Positions 23,600-36,949 of a stretch of 64,000 bases of DNA are shown piece by piece; position 1 is the first letter of the stretch; every line of letters begins with the position of its first letter. Source of the stretch: Raillietiella orientalis (taxonomy: Eukaryota); NCBI GenBank assembly GCA_036172245.1, contig JAYWIR010000023.1, positions 2,046,001-2,110,000 on the forward strand, in the 5' to 3' direction. The notes under the pieces are model-generated. The model was not told the origin of the DNA. It was given only the letters and a program-made list of their open reading frames with translations, and did not search any database. The translations under genes were made by a program, and so were the position numbers.

Positions 23600-26500
23600 G
23601 ATCTTCGTAATCTGAATGCGATGTCATTTTGTTTGGAGAGTTTTCTCTTCTAGCCAACAGCCCAGAAACTTTTCCAGCTCGGATGCAACGGGACTGTTTT
23701 GTTCTGGAACCCGTCTAAGGGATTTTTCCTTCTCTGTCGAAATTCGACCCAGGTCCTCTTTCAGAGCTTTCAGAAACTTGGGAAACTTGGAAACCTTCCG
23801 GAGCTTTGCTCCCGTAGCATTTCTTCTCAGTTCGTCTCTGGACCGAACAGACAAAGAGCTCATCACTCCTGCACTCTTGAACTTTCTGTGGAAACGAGAG
23901 ATTGGAAATTCCTCCCGAGCTTATGAGCACTCGCATTCGGTCTGCTGCTCCGGACTCTTTGATGATCATGTCAGCAGTACTTCACAAAGAGCTTAATTTA
24001 TCCTTTTCTGCTTCATCCTTCCTCGTCCGCTTCGTCCTTGAGGTCGCTTACAATTTCTGGGAAGGAAATTGTCCTAAAATAATTCGAATCGTCAAGCAAG
24101 AGCCTCTTTATCCTCCAAAGGCACTGCCTGACCAGTGACAAAGACGATATCTCATTGGTATTCGAAAAATTGGCTCTCAGAGCTTTCTCTGAGGAAGAAC
24201 GGCAGGCATTCGGCCGTGGCGGCGCAAACGCGGCTGCGGCCTTGCCCATCAAACTCCGGGGTTTCTTCGAAGGCATGAGCTATTGTTCCTTCTGGTTCCC
24301 TCTGACAGTGGATTCGGGCAAGCCGCTCCCAGAGCCAGTGGACCACTGGAGTTAACGAGAAGTCAACAAAATTTAATGAACTTCGGCAGGTGATTCGGCA
24401 TTCTCGAGCGGGGAGCGGCAGGAACGAACGGTTAATGTTCCAAGTATCTGTCGGATAACATTCGGAATCCCGACACGGAGACAGGGTTACTGACTTCCCG
24501 ACCGCGAAGGTGACCTCTTTGGATTGAAAGATGCTCATTCGAGTCGTGCTCATTCCTGCCCGCGTTGGCGTCCGCGTCGATGCAGTCTCCGCATGTGGCA
24601 ACAAACGTTGCAGAGAACGGGGGTGTGCGTCGTGGGTTTCCAGTTCTCTTCCCTCTTCCCCTCAAAATGACGCTCGTTGGCCTATTCAGTTGCGGCACTG
24701 ATTGATACTCGGTGACGCCGGGGCGTGAATTCATAAAAAATAAACACACACGTCTGTGGCAGGAGCCACGTTACTTATAACTACGAGAAGGAACCTGCCG
24801 GGAACTGGCACGCAGACCGGCGCCGGTTCGACTCGGCAGCACAGGAGAAGGGGAAACAAACAAAAAGTAACAAAAAAAATGAAACAAGAAAAATACAGTT
24901 GAAAAGACGGAGGAGTTCGGGAGGGGATCACCGGATGCTGCAGGGTGTCCTCTGCATCCTTGTAAGGATGTCGACAAGTTCCTGTTTCGAGACTCCGAAG
25001 ATGGGGCCATCTTGACGCCATCCTCATGAAGAGGACAGCACAGTAGATGGCGTCCCTGTCGTTCTGGTCTCCTCTGGCGTTGCTGCTCCATGCAGCCACG
25101 ATCCGGCCGCGTGGGCATCAAAGTGCTGCTAGGGATGAGGCCTGCATGAAGGCGTCGCGCAGGAAGAGGCGCTTGTAAACGTTTCTGGCGTTGCCGCTGT
25201 GGGCTCCAAGGGTCACGGCAAGGCGTCCCCAAAAGGGCTGGAGAGCAGTACAGTCCACTAGGAGGTGCGGGAGGGATTCCCACTCCCTGCACCTTGGGCA
25301 GCTTGGATCCACACACATCCATGTCCAATAATGCTGGCGAACGTTGTACGGGAGGACCAGTGCAGCAGCATCAATGCCGGTCCCTGCTCATGTATGGATA
25401 TCTTTATTGGGAGGATGAGGATGTTCGTGAGCACCGGAGCCACTGCAGGTCTTCCGGAATACCCAGTAGCACGCCCCATTGCAAAAGTTCATGAGTTCGA
25501 GCAATCGGGGTCGCACCGTCGGAGAGCTGGCCCGCCATCCACTAATCCAGTCCTTTCCTCCTTCCGGAGATTTCCACAGTGGCCTCCCATCTAGCCGTAA
25601 GGCTGCTGTCCATGTGCTCCCTAAGGAAGCGTAGCGCGGCGGCGAGGGACGTTCTGCTCGCCCATGCACTCTTTGCGGGATATTCCAGGATCTCCCGGAG
25701 GCTGCAGTTGTTGTGCGTGTACTGTTCCGCACCTGTTCCGCGCTTGGCTCCTGGATTCTCGCCCTCGTGAGAACGGTTCCCTGCAACCAGGCACTCCCGT
25801 CAGCGGAGCGGCACGACATCCATCCGTTTTTCTTGGCCAGCGTGGCCACCTGCCGCAGGTGCAATCCGCAGAGGATGAGACTGCATGGACGGCGCTCAAG
25901 ATAGGACGCGAGTCCCACGCTGCCTGTGGCTTGCTGGACGAGGAGATGTACAGGTTGGCACCAAGTGGTGCTCCAGAGGTTTGTCACGAGGACAAGTGTC
26001 CGGAACTGGAGTTCCAGCTCCATCCGCTCCAGCGCCAGGAGGAAGCCTAGGCCGCCGTCCCGGCGCGGAGCACAAAAGTCGGACTTGGGACCTCCCTTTT
26101 CCCCAGAAGGCGATCTAGAGAAGATCCTTTGTCCGCTTCCTAATGCTGCAAGGCGAAGGGAAAACAAAAAAGCAGAAGGAGGCACCGGTGGAAGTCGGAA
26201 ACCGGATGTCTCCGTTGACTGGCCGGGATTGAAAGTCGACCCTCCGGAGTCCTTCCAGAACATCAAGGAGCCCTTTAGGGTTCCCCTCCGGTTGTGAACT
26301 GGAGCCGTCCATCGCGCACCATCGGATGATACCTCTCCAGAGTGTGAAGTGCACTGCTACCTTCAAGGAGCGCTCTTCAGGGAAACTGGAAAGCTCACTT
26401 CGGGGTTCTCTTCAGAGGAGCAAACAAGGCGCGGTTCCCTCGCATGTTTCCTCTGGAGAAAAAATGAGCACTGGACCACTTCCGGAGATTCCTCTCGAGA

Positions 26501-26755
26501 GAATAAGGAAGTGGTTTTCCTTCCGGATTCCCTTCGGAGACAACCGGGGCGAGGGTTCCCTTCAGGGTTCCCTACCAAGCGTGAGAGGAACGGACTCCTT
26601 CCTCCAGAACCTTCCTGAATTCATTAGGTGGTCCTCTTCAGAGGTACCTACTAACGTAAAGAGTTAACACGCACCCTCAGGTCGCGTGGAATAGTGTTGA
26701 AGAGCTTCCTGAATTTACCCTAAGGAGGCAAAGAATTCTCGAGTACTTGGCGAAG
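23600..26755 (+). mobile_element. Gypsy pol relic, copy C, interrupted by a LINE insertion at 24701-26180
   Basis: ELITPALL...VCCSGLFDDH (VIP..VWWPG..D), PIKLRGFF...TVDSGKP (integrase D), SAFSSG (PxSNG), IQLR; after the insertion P/S-rich repeats and RWSSSEVPTNVKS. Confidence 0.65.
24701..26180 (-). mobile_element. L1/Tx1-clade LINE 5'-truncated insertion with a probable ~7-bp TSD (ggcactg / ggcaccg)
   Basis: FCAPRRDGGLG motif, CPRC..ESLPHLLVDC, 3' UTR; flanks 24694-24700 and 26181-26187; empty site in copy A at 11381-11400. Confidence 0.85.
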
Positions 26756-27899
26756 CCATGGGAAAAAGCAGTCCACATAAAATGGATGCCTTTTGGAACC
26801 AAGCAGGAGTGACTTTACAGGAGCATCTCAAATTGGAACATGACCAGTTCTGCTTTTCTACTACCTTGTGGCAGCCATGTAAATTTTCCCCATCTTATGG
26901 CAGATGGAAACCACGCTAATGAGATGCCCATGGCTTGTGTTTCGTGAAGTGCCCATCAAACAGAAGCCACTTGACCCACGCTCTTACAGTGGGAAGGGAC
27001 TCACCTTGATAAGTTCGTAGCGATGAACCAAGAAACCACGCTGAGGGAACTCATAGGGAACGGAAGTTTCCGTGGGAGATTTTTCCTTTCTCATTCTCCG
27101 TCGATGAAACTGTTGCGATGCAAAGCCTTGATCTAAAAATCTTCATTGATGCTTGCCTTCATCCCGGAGCCACACAATTTTTCTTTCCATTATCCCTGTA
27201 ATCCTCCTGGAAATTTTCACCCGGATACTCTGTTCCGATGCATCCCCAGTATAGCATTTGGCTTCCTGGTAGCACTGAGTTTTTTCCCTTCGCTCCTGCA
27301 AATTTGGGGAGAAGGCGAAGTCTCCATATGTATATTTTTTTTTCGTTTCTCCCCTTAAGCCTTTGTTTCCCTGATGATGAAACTGGTTCTAAGTGCGATC
27401 GATCTGACATTCCCGATGGCATAACTAAGAAAGTTACTGTCCTGTTTCAGTATTATCTCTGCTGACTTCCTTGAATTGTGAAATCATTTTCATCTCCCAT
27501 GGGTATCCATTTTGACAAAACTTCCATGAAACTTACCACTTTGCAGGTGATCACGCACATTTCGAAGATGATGAGCTGCAACTTTTTTTGGAGATGGTGA
27601 AAACAGGGACGATGGTACTGAGCTACGTTGACACAGGGCAAAGTGCTCTCAAAGGTTGGGTGCAGCAACTTTTCTTGTGGCTTGATGGATACTTCCAGCT
27701 CTCGATCTTCACAGAGGTGAGTTACCCTTATCCCTTTAAGACGGGATAGCGGGTCAGATGACTATGTGATTATTGCTAAAGAGAAGATTCTGAAATAAAT
27801 TGGCCATTGATTGCAGGATAGTGTTTTGGTGCAGGATGACAAGGTCATCAGATGGAGTCCAACAAGGGCGTCTAGAAGGAAAGATTTATCAAAGTTGCA

Positions 27900-28260
27900 A
27901 TTGGAGTTCCGGAAGAAATATTGCCGAATCTGACAACCTTGATCCAGAGGGTATGTGATGCCATTTTATATGATCCGGGAGCAGTGACTCCGAAGACACA
28001 CAGATGCACTCTTTTCTATGAGCACTTCCTCCATCTCTGGACTGGAAACCCCTCCAAAGTATTATGAAAGACATTCCAATAAAACAGGGCAACATCTTCA
28101 TAAATTCCTGCAGCAAATTTCTCAGAACATATAGTCTTCGGAGGACATTTCTCTTCTGATGGAGGAACATGTGCCACGGGATGCTGGGTTTCCACGCAAA
28201 TGAGGGTGGGGAAACTTCTCACGTTTCCAGCTGAGGATCTCGCGAATGCTATTAAGAGCA
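27900..28260 (+). mobile_element. possible relic of a PIN/FEN-like nuclease found in large invertebrate DNA transposons
   Basis: AESD...H...DSEDTQM...CHGMLGFHANEG has the spacing of EEAD..H..SxDTDV..LxxFHAxTGCD; highly decayed. Confidence 0.25.
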
Positions 28261-31200
28261 CGAGACGCCAAGTACAATGAGTTCTCCAGGCACCAATAGT
28301 TACAAGCACGTGCATGAAATTAATCCACAGAAAATGATGACATCACTTCTGAGAATCAGATGTGGGATATGAGTCCAAAAGCGATTCGTCTTGAAACGCT
28401 GCATCCCTCCAGCACTTTGGAACTCTGCGTGGATGCCGAACTTCTAAAGGCGCTACTTTCGGGAGAAATTCATTTTATGGTGCTTTTAATTCTGCACGAA
28501 CGAACCTTCGATCAGGGTCTAAGCCGTTGGTGATTTACCTGACAAAGATTCGGGAACAGAACGGCTCCCAGTCCACGACAATGACCTTCTTTGGGATTCT
28601 GATAAGGGATTCTGTGAAGGTTGCATTGCGAGGATGTCGCAGAAAAACAGATACTCGCGTGAAAATTCTCACAGATACTTCTTCTTTCACTGCGCTTCCC
28701 TTTGCAGGGACTGTATGGAAGCGGACGCTACGTGCAGGTGAAATGAGAAAACACGATGCTAGGGCAGCTGTCTCTTAACCAAGCAGAGGACCTTCTTCCG
28801 CATAAGATCGCTTTCAGTATCACAGGAGAAGAGTAGCCATGCCCCCAATAGTAAAAAATCCATCCCGTCGCAATGTTGAAACCATTAGTGGCACGAGTTT
28901 TAACTTTCAAGATGCAAAGCGAGCAACCCTTGCTAAAGTCCTACGGCATTAATGGTAAGAGCTTTCATTAGCGCACACGAGGAAGAATTAAGCTAGTCAA
29001 CGAGCAATCAAAAAAGGGAAAGCTCTCCTCATTTACTCCAGGAAAAGTGAGGTCTGGCCTACTGTCACCGCGTGCTGCGCATCCCATGAAAGTTTTGCAG
29101 AGTTTTACCTCTCTTGCTCCCTAGTGTGAGGCCTTCAAGAAGAGGAAGGGAGAAATTTATAGGCACTTAATATATATTCACGGTTTATCAAAGAGAAAAA
29201 TACCAGCTAATCAATGGATCGCGATCGTCATCAAACGACAGCAAGTTGGTCAAGCCCATGGTTTCGTCATCGGCTGCAAAGGGAAAGCGTTCACTCAGAG
29301 TGAGTGAGGTGAACTTCTGGAATGAAAGTTCTTTCAGTGATCGCTATCACGTTAACGGAAGATTATAAGTAAGTGGAGCATCCCTCTGTTTGGTTCCCCT
29401 ATTCTTGGGGAAACAAGGTTCCAGACTAGTTGGTCGTAATGGCCCCCTGGAACCAAGCTCTGCAAGAGTGAACCATTGTGGAGAGCGCACTTTCGTTCAA
29501 ACAAATCTATCAAGCACACTCCACGATGTACTGTTTTCTGATGCAAGCATCCATTTCTAGTGGAACGCCGACAGATGTAATGGAGTTTGGAACGAGTGTG
29601 CACGATCGATTTTCTGTTGGGGAAGATTGAAAATCTCATCATCACAACAGAAATCGAACAGAGATGAAATCCAGGATTCGATTCGAGGTTGGGCATCCTG
29701 GACGAGTCTTTTGATGCTGACTGTCCCCATTTTATTCTTAGTTATTCTTTTTGGCAGTTGGTGGTGTTGCTGGTTTCTGCTACTGGACCTTATTTTGTTT
29801 GGGAACAGTCACGTCTTCAAAAACGTGGTCTGCAGACAGTCAAAGCCTCCTTGCTCGCTCCACGATAATTGCAACTTCCTACATCTGTCTGCACTTCCTC
29901 AAAGAAAAATACCAAAGATGCATAATCCGTCTTTAAAGGTGCAAAATATAATGCGCTTTCAAGATATTTTGAGGTAAGTTCAGAAGACACTGCATGCTGT
30001 GAAAGCTACTGTTTCAATTCCAACTAGGGAACGTGGTATAGGCTTCAAAAAGAAAATAGGATCATTTTGCACCGATCGATAGCAATCTCAAAAATCACAG
30101 CCAAAAATTACAAATAGAACTTCGTAGTTTCCGGAACGCCTCACAGTGATTGCGGAAGTCCATGGGCGATGGAGCGCTTGAAAACCAACCTGTGATCCTC
30201 ACGCTGTGAACCACTCGTGATGCATTCGCTGTATTTTCACAAGTTCGTGTTACGTGAAAATACGTTGCCAAGGATTTCTCCAGATTCTTTGAGTCAGTTG
30301 AAGCTGACGTTGCAATTGAGGTTTCAATTTGCACTTTTAGATGAGACGTGAGAATGAAGGGAATCAAGGAGAGGAAATCGGTCGATGTGACCTTGTTACA
30401 CCAATACAATCTGAAGATCTTTTTCGTCCATAATTTCTATAATTCGTGCATGATAGATAGCAAATGAAATGCCCTCTGCTTACGAGGCTGCAGTCGATTC
30501 TTCCATCATGTCTTAGAATCAATCTATAATCTGCAATGTTTCTATATTCCAATCTAATTAATCTGGGGCTTCCAGATGTCTACAACTGTACTACAATTTA
30601 CAGGTGTATGTAGAGCCTAGTGAATGGATTGAAGCTAGGAATAGAACAAGCTAGGAAGACAATCGATAAGGGACTGGAAGCGTATCCCTGGACTACTGGG
30701 ATTGCTAATAGATTTTAAATGATGCAAAGGGGGATGGCAGCACTTTTATTTACAGTTATAATGGACTTTCATAATAATTAATAGACCTGCAACACGAAAA
30801 TGGCAGATGTGAAATACTGTAACACGCGAAAAGAGAAGATGTGGAAAGCTGCACAAAGAAGAAATCTCTTCAGATGATCACACTTCCTCCATTAGAAGAG
30901 ATGAAGCAATTGACGGGATATTCTGGAAACGAAATTTTGCTGTTTATTTGAAGAAGCGTAAGTGGAGATGCAGACGCCAATATCACTGGTACCAGCAGAT
31001 TTATTATCTAGAACATTAGCACCGAAGCGGATAACTGTAATATACAAGAAAAATAGTACAATGCATAAATCACCAGGAAAATATTTCAGATAAAGCCAGT
31101 CTATTTACTTCACCCATCTATTACATCAGTTCATTCATAATTTTCTGTGAAATCCTCCAGCTAACGATCCACCGCTATCAACGTATTCCGTAAGGAGCTG

Positions 31201-32479
31201 AGAGTCCAAAGTACTCAGACTTCGATAAGATGAAGAAATTCTCTGGAGCATTAATAAATTCGTGCATCCGGTTGTCTGCGAGTTCCAATCTCATTAAACA
31301 TGAGGTTTTTTTTCTCCAGTGAAGTACTACGAAAACAAGACGAGCTGCTGGCGAACTTCAGTACGTAACGACCGCCACCGACTCTTTCCCTTCGTTATTC
31401 CTCTTCTCCTTTCTGCATTACGCGAAGATGAAAGGTGGATTCTCGAAAGAACGTGGATGGAGTTGATTCAGCTCTTGGAAGGCCACACGAAACAACAACA
31501 TATGTTCGAATCATGGCACGGATTTGTATGAGATGGAAGAACACGCATTTGGGACCTGACCTTGTCCCGAGAAGAGGGACCGCGGAGCCGTGTCGTGATA
31601 CTCGACGCATGCTGCCCGTCCGAAGGCACAACAGCCACTTCCGAAAAGAGAACTGAAACAAAGTACAAAGATACGGGAGTCACTCCGATGTTTCCTATCA
31701 GCTCTCTCCTGCCTGCTCTCAGGCATCCAAGCATCAGTTCTCAAAATTATCGTGGACTTACCACTTGAGATTTCTTCGGGAAGTTAAGATCTACGAAACA
31801 CCTGAGCAGATCGCGTCAGATCATCAGATGTCCGGAGGTCTCCCTGGAGCATTGGCTATTGTCACCAGGATCTGCGCCGAAGGCGGCTTAAGGTGAGATC
31901 GCTACCGCGCGCTCAACGTTGCGATCCTCCTCCTACTCTCCAGGACCGTAGAAACCCACCATCCTTCTCCGACGTTCCACTGGAGAGCTCTTCTTCACTT
32001 GGTCGCATTGAGACGTTTGTTTATAAAAGTAAACGTGCAAAACAACGAACAACAAAACAACGTTATGAATCAAAAACAGAAACTTCAACCGAGATGGCTC
32101 TCAAGCTCGCAAGTCATCTGCAGGAATTGTTCAGAGCAATGGCGAGGAAAAAGCAATCAATAAACAGATGAAAAAATAAGTTTTTGGAAGGAAGGGATAT
32201 GAACAACGAGTCTACTGCCCTACTCCTAGAGTCTCTGTGAGATTTGTACCCGGCCACTCCGTGACGTTTATTGGGAAAACAAACCACAAATGAGGGGAAC
32301 ACCATCCCCTACATACAAAAGATGCCAAAAAAAAAAAAGTTCGTTAGAGGTGACCATGGGCACGCAGGCCGGCTTCTAGGTAAGTAGGGAACGGAGCGAG
32401 GAAACAATAAGTAAATTAAAAAAAAATACGGGGAAGCAGAGGGCGAGGACAGGGGTCTTTGGTGTTATTCGTTCCTTTC

Positions 32480-33050
32480 ATCCTAGAAGCGGCTGTGGAT
32501 GATGGCTATCTCACTGACAGCTTCTTGCAGGTGAGGTGAGGATACCTTGCAGCCCTCTTCATCAAAGCGGCTGGCGAACATGTCATGCTGGCGAACTGCC
32601 ACTATGGCGTGGATGCAGCATCTCGTTGCGATGACGGCACGTGCCCCCCGTGTTTCTAGACAGAAAGCTGCTTCTTCTCGAGTGGTAGCAACCGGCGCTG
32701 CTGATGCCTGCAGCCACAGTCGCAGCGCTGTGCTGCGTGCGCAGTGTCGTCGCGGCGAAGTGCGACGCCGAGGGAGGTCAGAGCGACGGGAGGGCTGTCC
32801 TGCATGCCATCCGCTTCCTGCAGATAGCTTAGAGATGGCCCCACCTGGAAAGGGAGAAGGAGCTCGCCAGCATCCTTCAACGGATGAAGAGGCTTCACCT
32901 ACCACGAAATGTGATCCCTTCCCTTCTCCCCAACTAATTTTTGTTTTTTTGTCTGTTTGTTATATTCTGCTTTCATTTTCTATTTTTGTTTCATCCCCCT
33001 TCCCCTTTGTTACATACTGGACCTTTCCTCTTCCCTCCTTCTTCCTAATG
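32480..33050 (+). mobile_element. L1/Tx1-clade LINE 3' end
   Basis: VAALCCVRSVVAA...AIRFLQIA*RWPHL...ASILQRM followed by a T-rich UTR; same family as 19900-20250. Confidence 0.75.
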
Positions 33051-33059
33051 CAATAATTG

Positions 33060-35737
33060 GAATTGGTGGGCCATCGGCTGCATCGATTCCTGTAAGAGAA
33101 TAAACGCCCTTGCGCACACGAGTGAGAAATCATGGCACCCGTCTTCAGTCCTCCTTGAGCGAAGAAGCGCCGCAGCAAGTGCAAAGCGGGGGGAAAGAAG
33201 AGGTCCTGCGATGAAGAACCGAAGCGAGTCTCCACCACATTGTCCTCCAGGAGTCCAATAGGAGGTACGAGAACGATCCCATCGCCCCACGGCTCGAGGA
33301 GACAACCTCCCGAAAGCCTGTGGTTGTGATAATTGCAGTCGAGGCCCCTGTGCACAAACAGCAGCACATCCCGTCTCCAACGGAGCCGGGAACACAGAGG
33401 TATTCTCACACAGGGAAGGGACCGCGAGTTCTTCAAGGGGCACGCGATCAGGTCACTCCACCGAAGGAGTCCCTTCGCCCGGGAACTGGCGGCGTCCACC
33501 ACCTTTCTGGTCTTGTAGCCCTCCAGGAGGTTCTCGGCTCCTGCAATGTTTCAGGAGGACTCCCACCCAACCTGTTGGCTGCTTTCATTGTTTGCCCTGA
33601 GGGCAAGACAGTGATGCGGCAAAGGATGTGACGGCTATCCGGACCATTTCGTCTAGTCCTGTAGATCTCCCAGAGTCTTGCGTAGGAGCTTCCGCAGCGA
33701 AGGAAGTTCCCATCGGCGTACTTCCAAAATGACAACCCAGGACTCCAAGGTCTCCTGCCACCAGAGGTTTTAATTTTGGAGGCGGCAGGAGATCCACGTG
33801 TGAGCTACCGGAAGCGAGGGCAGATGCCTCAGGGAGTAGCCAAATCCAGTCATGGCGGTTGCGCGGCAGCAGCGAAATAAGTCCTGCGTTTCCAGCGCAT
33901 TGCCGGAGGATGTGACGTGCTGGTGCACACCAGTGACAAGTCCATAATTCGACATAAAGGGTCAAAAGTCGGAAGTAAACTTGCAGCCCGGTCTTGTGGA
34001 TGGTGAGGATGTCCAAGACTGCATCTTGGCGCGGCACCACCAAGTCTTTCCGTCGGATCCGGAACCATGCAGCGCTCCACAAGACTTTTCTCAGGAGGCT
34101 CTGCGCCCGGATCTTTACCGAAATGAGAGGGAGGGCAAACAAAAAACAAGAGACGGAGGAGGAGGGTAACAAAAGTGTTTCCGATGGAGGCACCCTCTCC
34201 TGCAAGACGAACCTGCAATCGAAGAAAGGGCCGAGTGCTATTCCAGCTTTGTGGCGTCCGACCACGCTTCTGCAGCACGGGAGTCGCCCAACGGAACGCC
34301 AAGGTACCTGGATTACCGACCCCTGGGTATCCCTAGGTGACACAGTCACTGGTACGACCATGCACTTCATCCTGTAGACGCTCATTCCCGCTTCTCGAAG
34401 GATCAACTCGAAGAATTCCTCGAGTTTAGCTGCTGCCAGGGTGGACACGGGCGGCAGGAGAAGCCGTTCGTCCGCGTCGGCAGCCACGGATGGCCGTGCA
34501 TGGGCGAGAGCTGGAAAGGTTGGCCAGCATCAGCCTGCACGCCTTTAGCACCAGCACGAAGTAGATGCTGAAGAGCAGAGGGCTTCAGCTGTTGCCTTGC
34601 CTGATGCCTCTGCGCACAGCGACGCCGTACACGTGGCAGCTGTTGCAATAAAAATTCACTTGCGCGTTGTAAAAGGAGGAGCGTAAGTAAACAAGAAGGT
34701 GCGTCGGGAGTTCAAGGAGCTCCAGGAGCTCGAGCAGAAGTTGCTGATTGAATCAGTCGAACGCTTTATTCAAATAAACCTCTATAAGAAGCTCGCCATA
34801 TCCGTAGAAACATCTCTTTTCAGTTGGAACCGCCTGCAAGCCTTCTTGGAGAAAGAGATAATGCAAATGGCCTTCTGTTGCCGCTGATGCAGCTCCGACG
34901 AGTAGCGGTCCGTTAGGACACTGCAGATGCAGCATAGCGTTGCGATGATGGCGGCGCGTGCCTCCTGGAGTCTACGGCAGAGAGGACCTCCCAGCGAAAA
35001 GAACTGACGAAGTATCTCAGCGAGTCCTCCGGATGCACGAGAAATGATGAGAGGCGCTCCCACATGGAGCAGAGGACTCCACACTTCATCAGCAGATGAG
35101 GGAGCTATCCGAACGCCCCTGCACCTGGCATGCTCTGGAGAGACCGCTCCCCTCGCAATGTGGTGCAGGCGTTCGTCGCCAAGGAGATTTCAGTGCGTCA
35201 TGTTGTCGCCTGAGAGGGAGAAAGAATTTCGGAACACAGGAAAGAAACAAACAGTTTTTTCGGAAACATTCGAGATTTTCGCTCATCAGTGCAGTCCTTC
35301 CTGGACACAGGGCGTAGCTGCGTGGGCCAGCTCCTTGGAGGGGCATCCGCCCATAAGTTTCTCCACCTCTTCAATCGTGCAGGAGAACTCCCATTTTGCC
35401 GGTTGGTAACTGCCATTGCTTCCCATAGGAAAAGCGTCATGGTATCCAAAGATGTGGCGGATGCACGGTTCCACTTGTCGGTTCCTGAACCAGCTATTCT
35501 GGTGAAAGTCCCTCTCGAAGTGTCGAACTGGGACAAGACCTTCCAGGCTTGTGCTGGTCAGACGCGTCCAGATAACTACGGATTCCTGCCTCCAGGGATC
35601 AGTGCGCTTTCGTTGCTTTCGAAGAAGTTCCAAGAGGTCCGCCCACTTCCGGTTGCGTTTCCTCGCAACCAGTCATCCGTCTGATGTGGCGTGCAGGTTG
35701 TAAGGAGGACACCGGAAGGCAGGAGGCGCCCTGAACT
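33060..35737 (-). mobile_element. L1/Tx1-clade LINE ORF2 relic (APE endonuclease, internally deleted RT, C-terminus)
   Basis: NLHAT (NxYAP), DPWRQ...WTR, GYH (SDH), KWEFS (WKLN), QKAICIISFSKK, LWSAAWFRIRRKDLVVPRQD, RWPT. Confidence 0.75.
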
Positions 35738-36220
35738 CGACGCTTGAGGGCCGACCATTTTCAGGACTGGTTGCTTCGGCAGGTGAGTTGCTCGGATGCC
35801 AACTCAGCGGATACCAACTTCCGTGGACAACGGTTCCGTCGCCCGTAGTAACCAATGTCTTTCATGAGATCCGATGGGCGTCACACTGGGCTCCGCAACT
35901 CAGCGTTCGGCTCATCTTACAGCACGAGTTCCGCACACTAAAAGTGACCCACTTGACGGCACTCGTGGATCCGACAGCTCGAGTTTCAGCATTCGAGCAG
36001 GTCGGACTCCTCACCTATCTAAAGTTTGAGGATAGGCCGAGGTCGTTTTAGCTGCAAGGTCTATAATCATTCGCCTTACCGGATGAGACTCCCCTCTCCC
36101 CTTCCGCTTGGACGAGCTCCCGCTATTCTGAAGGAAACTTTGCAGGAGATCAGTCACTAGATAGCTGGACTCGTCTTTCTCCCCTCTTACGATCACCTTG
36201 CGCGTTAGGATCTCTTCGAG
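35738..36220 (-). pseudogene. 28S (LSU) rRNA pseudogene fragment, conserved core roughly between D3 and D6
   Basis: The plus strand matches the reverse complement of LSU blocks in order: ccattttcaggactggttgcttcggcaggtgagttg, ctcacctatctaaagtttgaggatagg, taatcattcgccttaccggatgagact, and ttctgaaggaaactttg (36126-36142, LR5 site with 3 mismatches). Many substitutions fall at normally invariant positions. Confidence 0.92.
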
Positions 36221-36949
36221 GGATAACAAAATGGCCTCTTTTCTATCCTTAAATCAAAGAGGATAGGTATAGGAAAAGAAGAAAAAGCTATAGATTGCTA
36301 GAAGAAAAACTGTAGGAAAGACGCAGGGCAGAAACCCAATGACCTGAACTCCCTCATATCCGGGAGGCGGCAGGCCTTTTCGTTCGTGTTTCTCCATGCT
36401 GAGTTTATATCTATTCATTTACTCTTATCCCCTACTGCCTCTTTGGCTTCTCCATACTAGGAACTGTACTGTACTCCGTACTTTTTCTCTTGGTTACTGA
36501 GCTGCGTGTCCTCACGGAACGCACATGCCGGCGCTCCTCAGCACGTGTGTTCACGGCACGTGAATGAACGTTTTGAATAAATGTCCAGGCATGAACGGAT
36601 TTACGACAGCGACGGAGCTGATTTGGTCCAAGAAAAGGTTGGAACTGCTTGAAAATTCCTTCCTGAAATTTTGCTTTTTTCCTGCAATTTCGAATTGCTG
36701 AAGAGAAATGCTTGCTGCACAGGCCGGCTCTAAACCTTGCGAAGAATGAAGGGGGTTCCGGGAAGGATGGAAAACTCATTAAAATCACAAAAGCGAGCTA
36801 CATGTTGGTCCACTCTTCAGGCTGAGTGAAGGAATCGTTGATCAAAGTAGCTGTGAATCTGTAAGGCATGATGGAAAAATTTCTCACGTGCCATGTCTTT
36901 AATCATGCCACAGAAGAATGTGGTCCTTCCAAAATTTAGAATGCCAAGG

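Noticed and set aside
23700..24150. hAT-like reading on the minus strand (SNYFRTISFPEIV)
   Set aside because: The plus strand gives a longer colinear series of Gypsy integrase motifs.
27370..27385. CTGATGA-T-GAAAC core (similar strings at 35276-35289 and 10371-10384 on the minus strand)
   Set aside because: No stem II between the core boxes; not a credible ribozyme.
29627..29977. 116-aa ORF with a transmembrane-like stretch
   Set aside because: No recognisable family, start or splice context; could be chance T-rich sequence.
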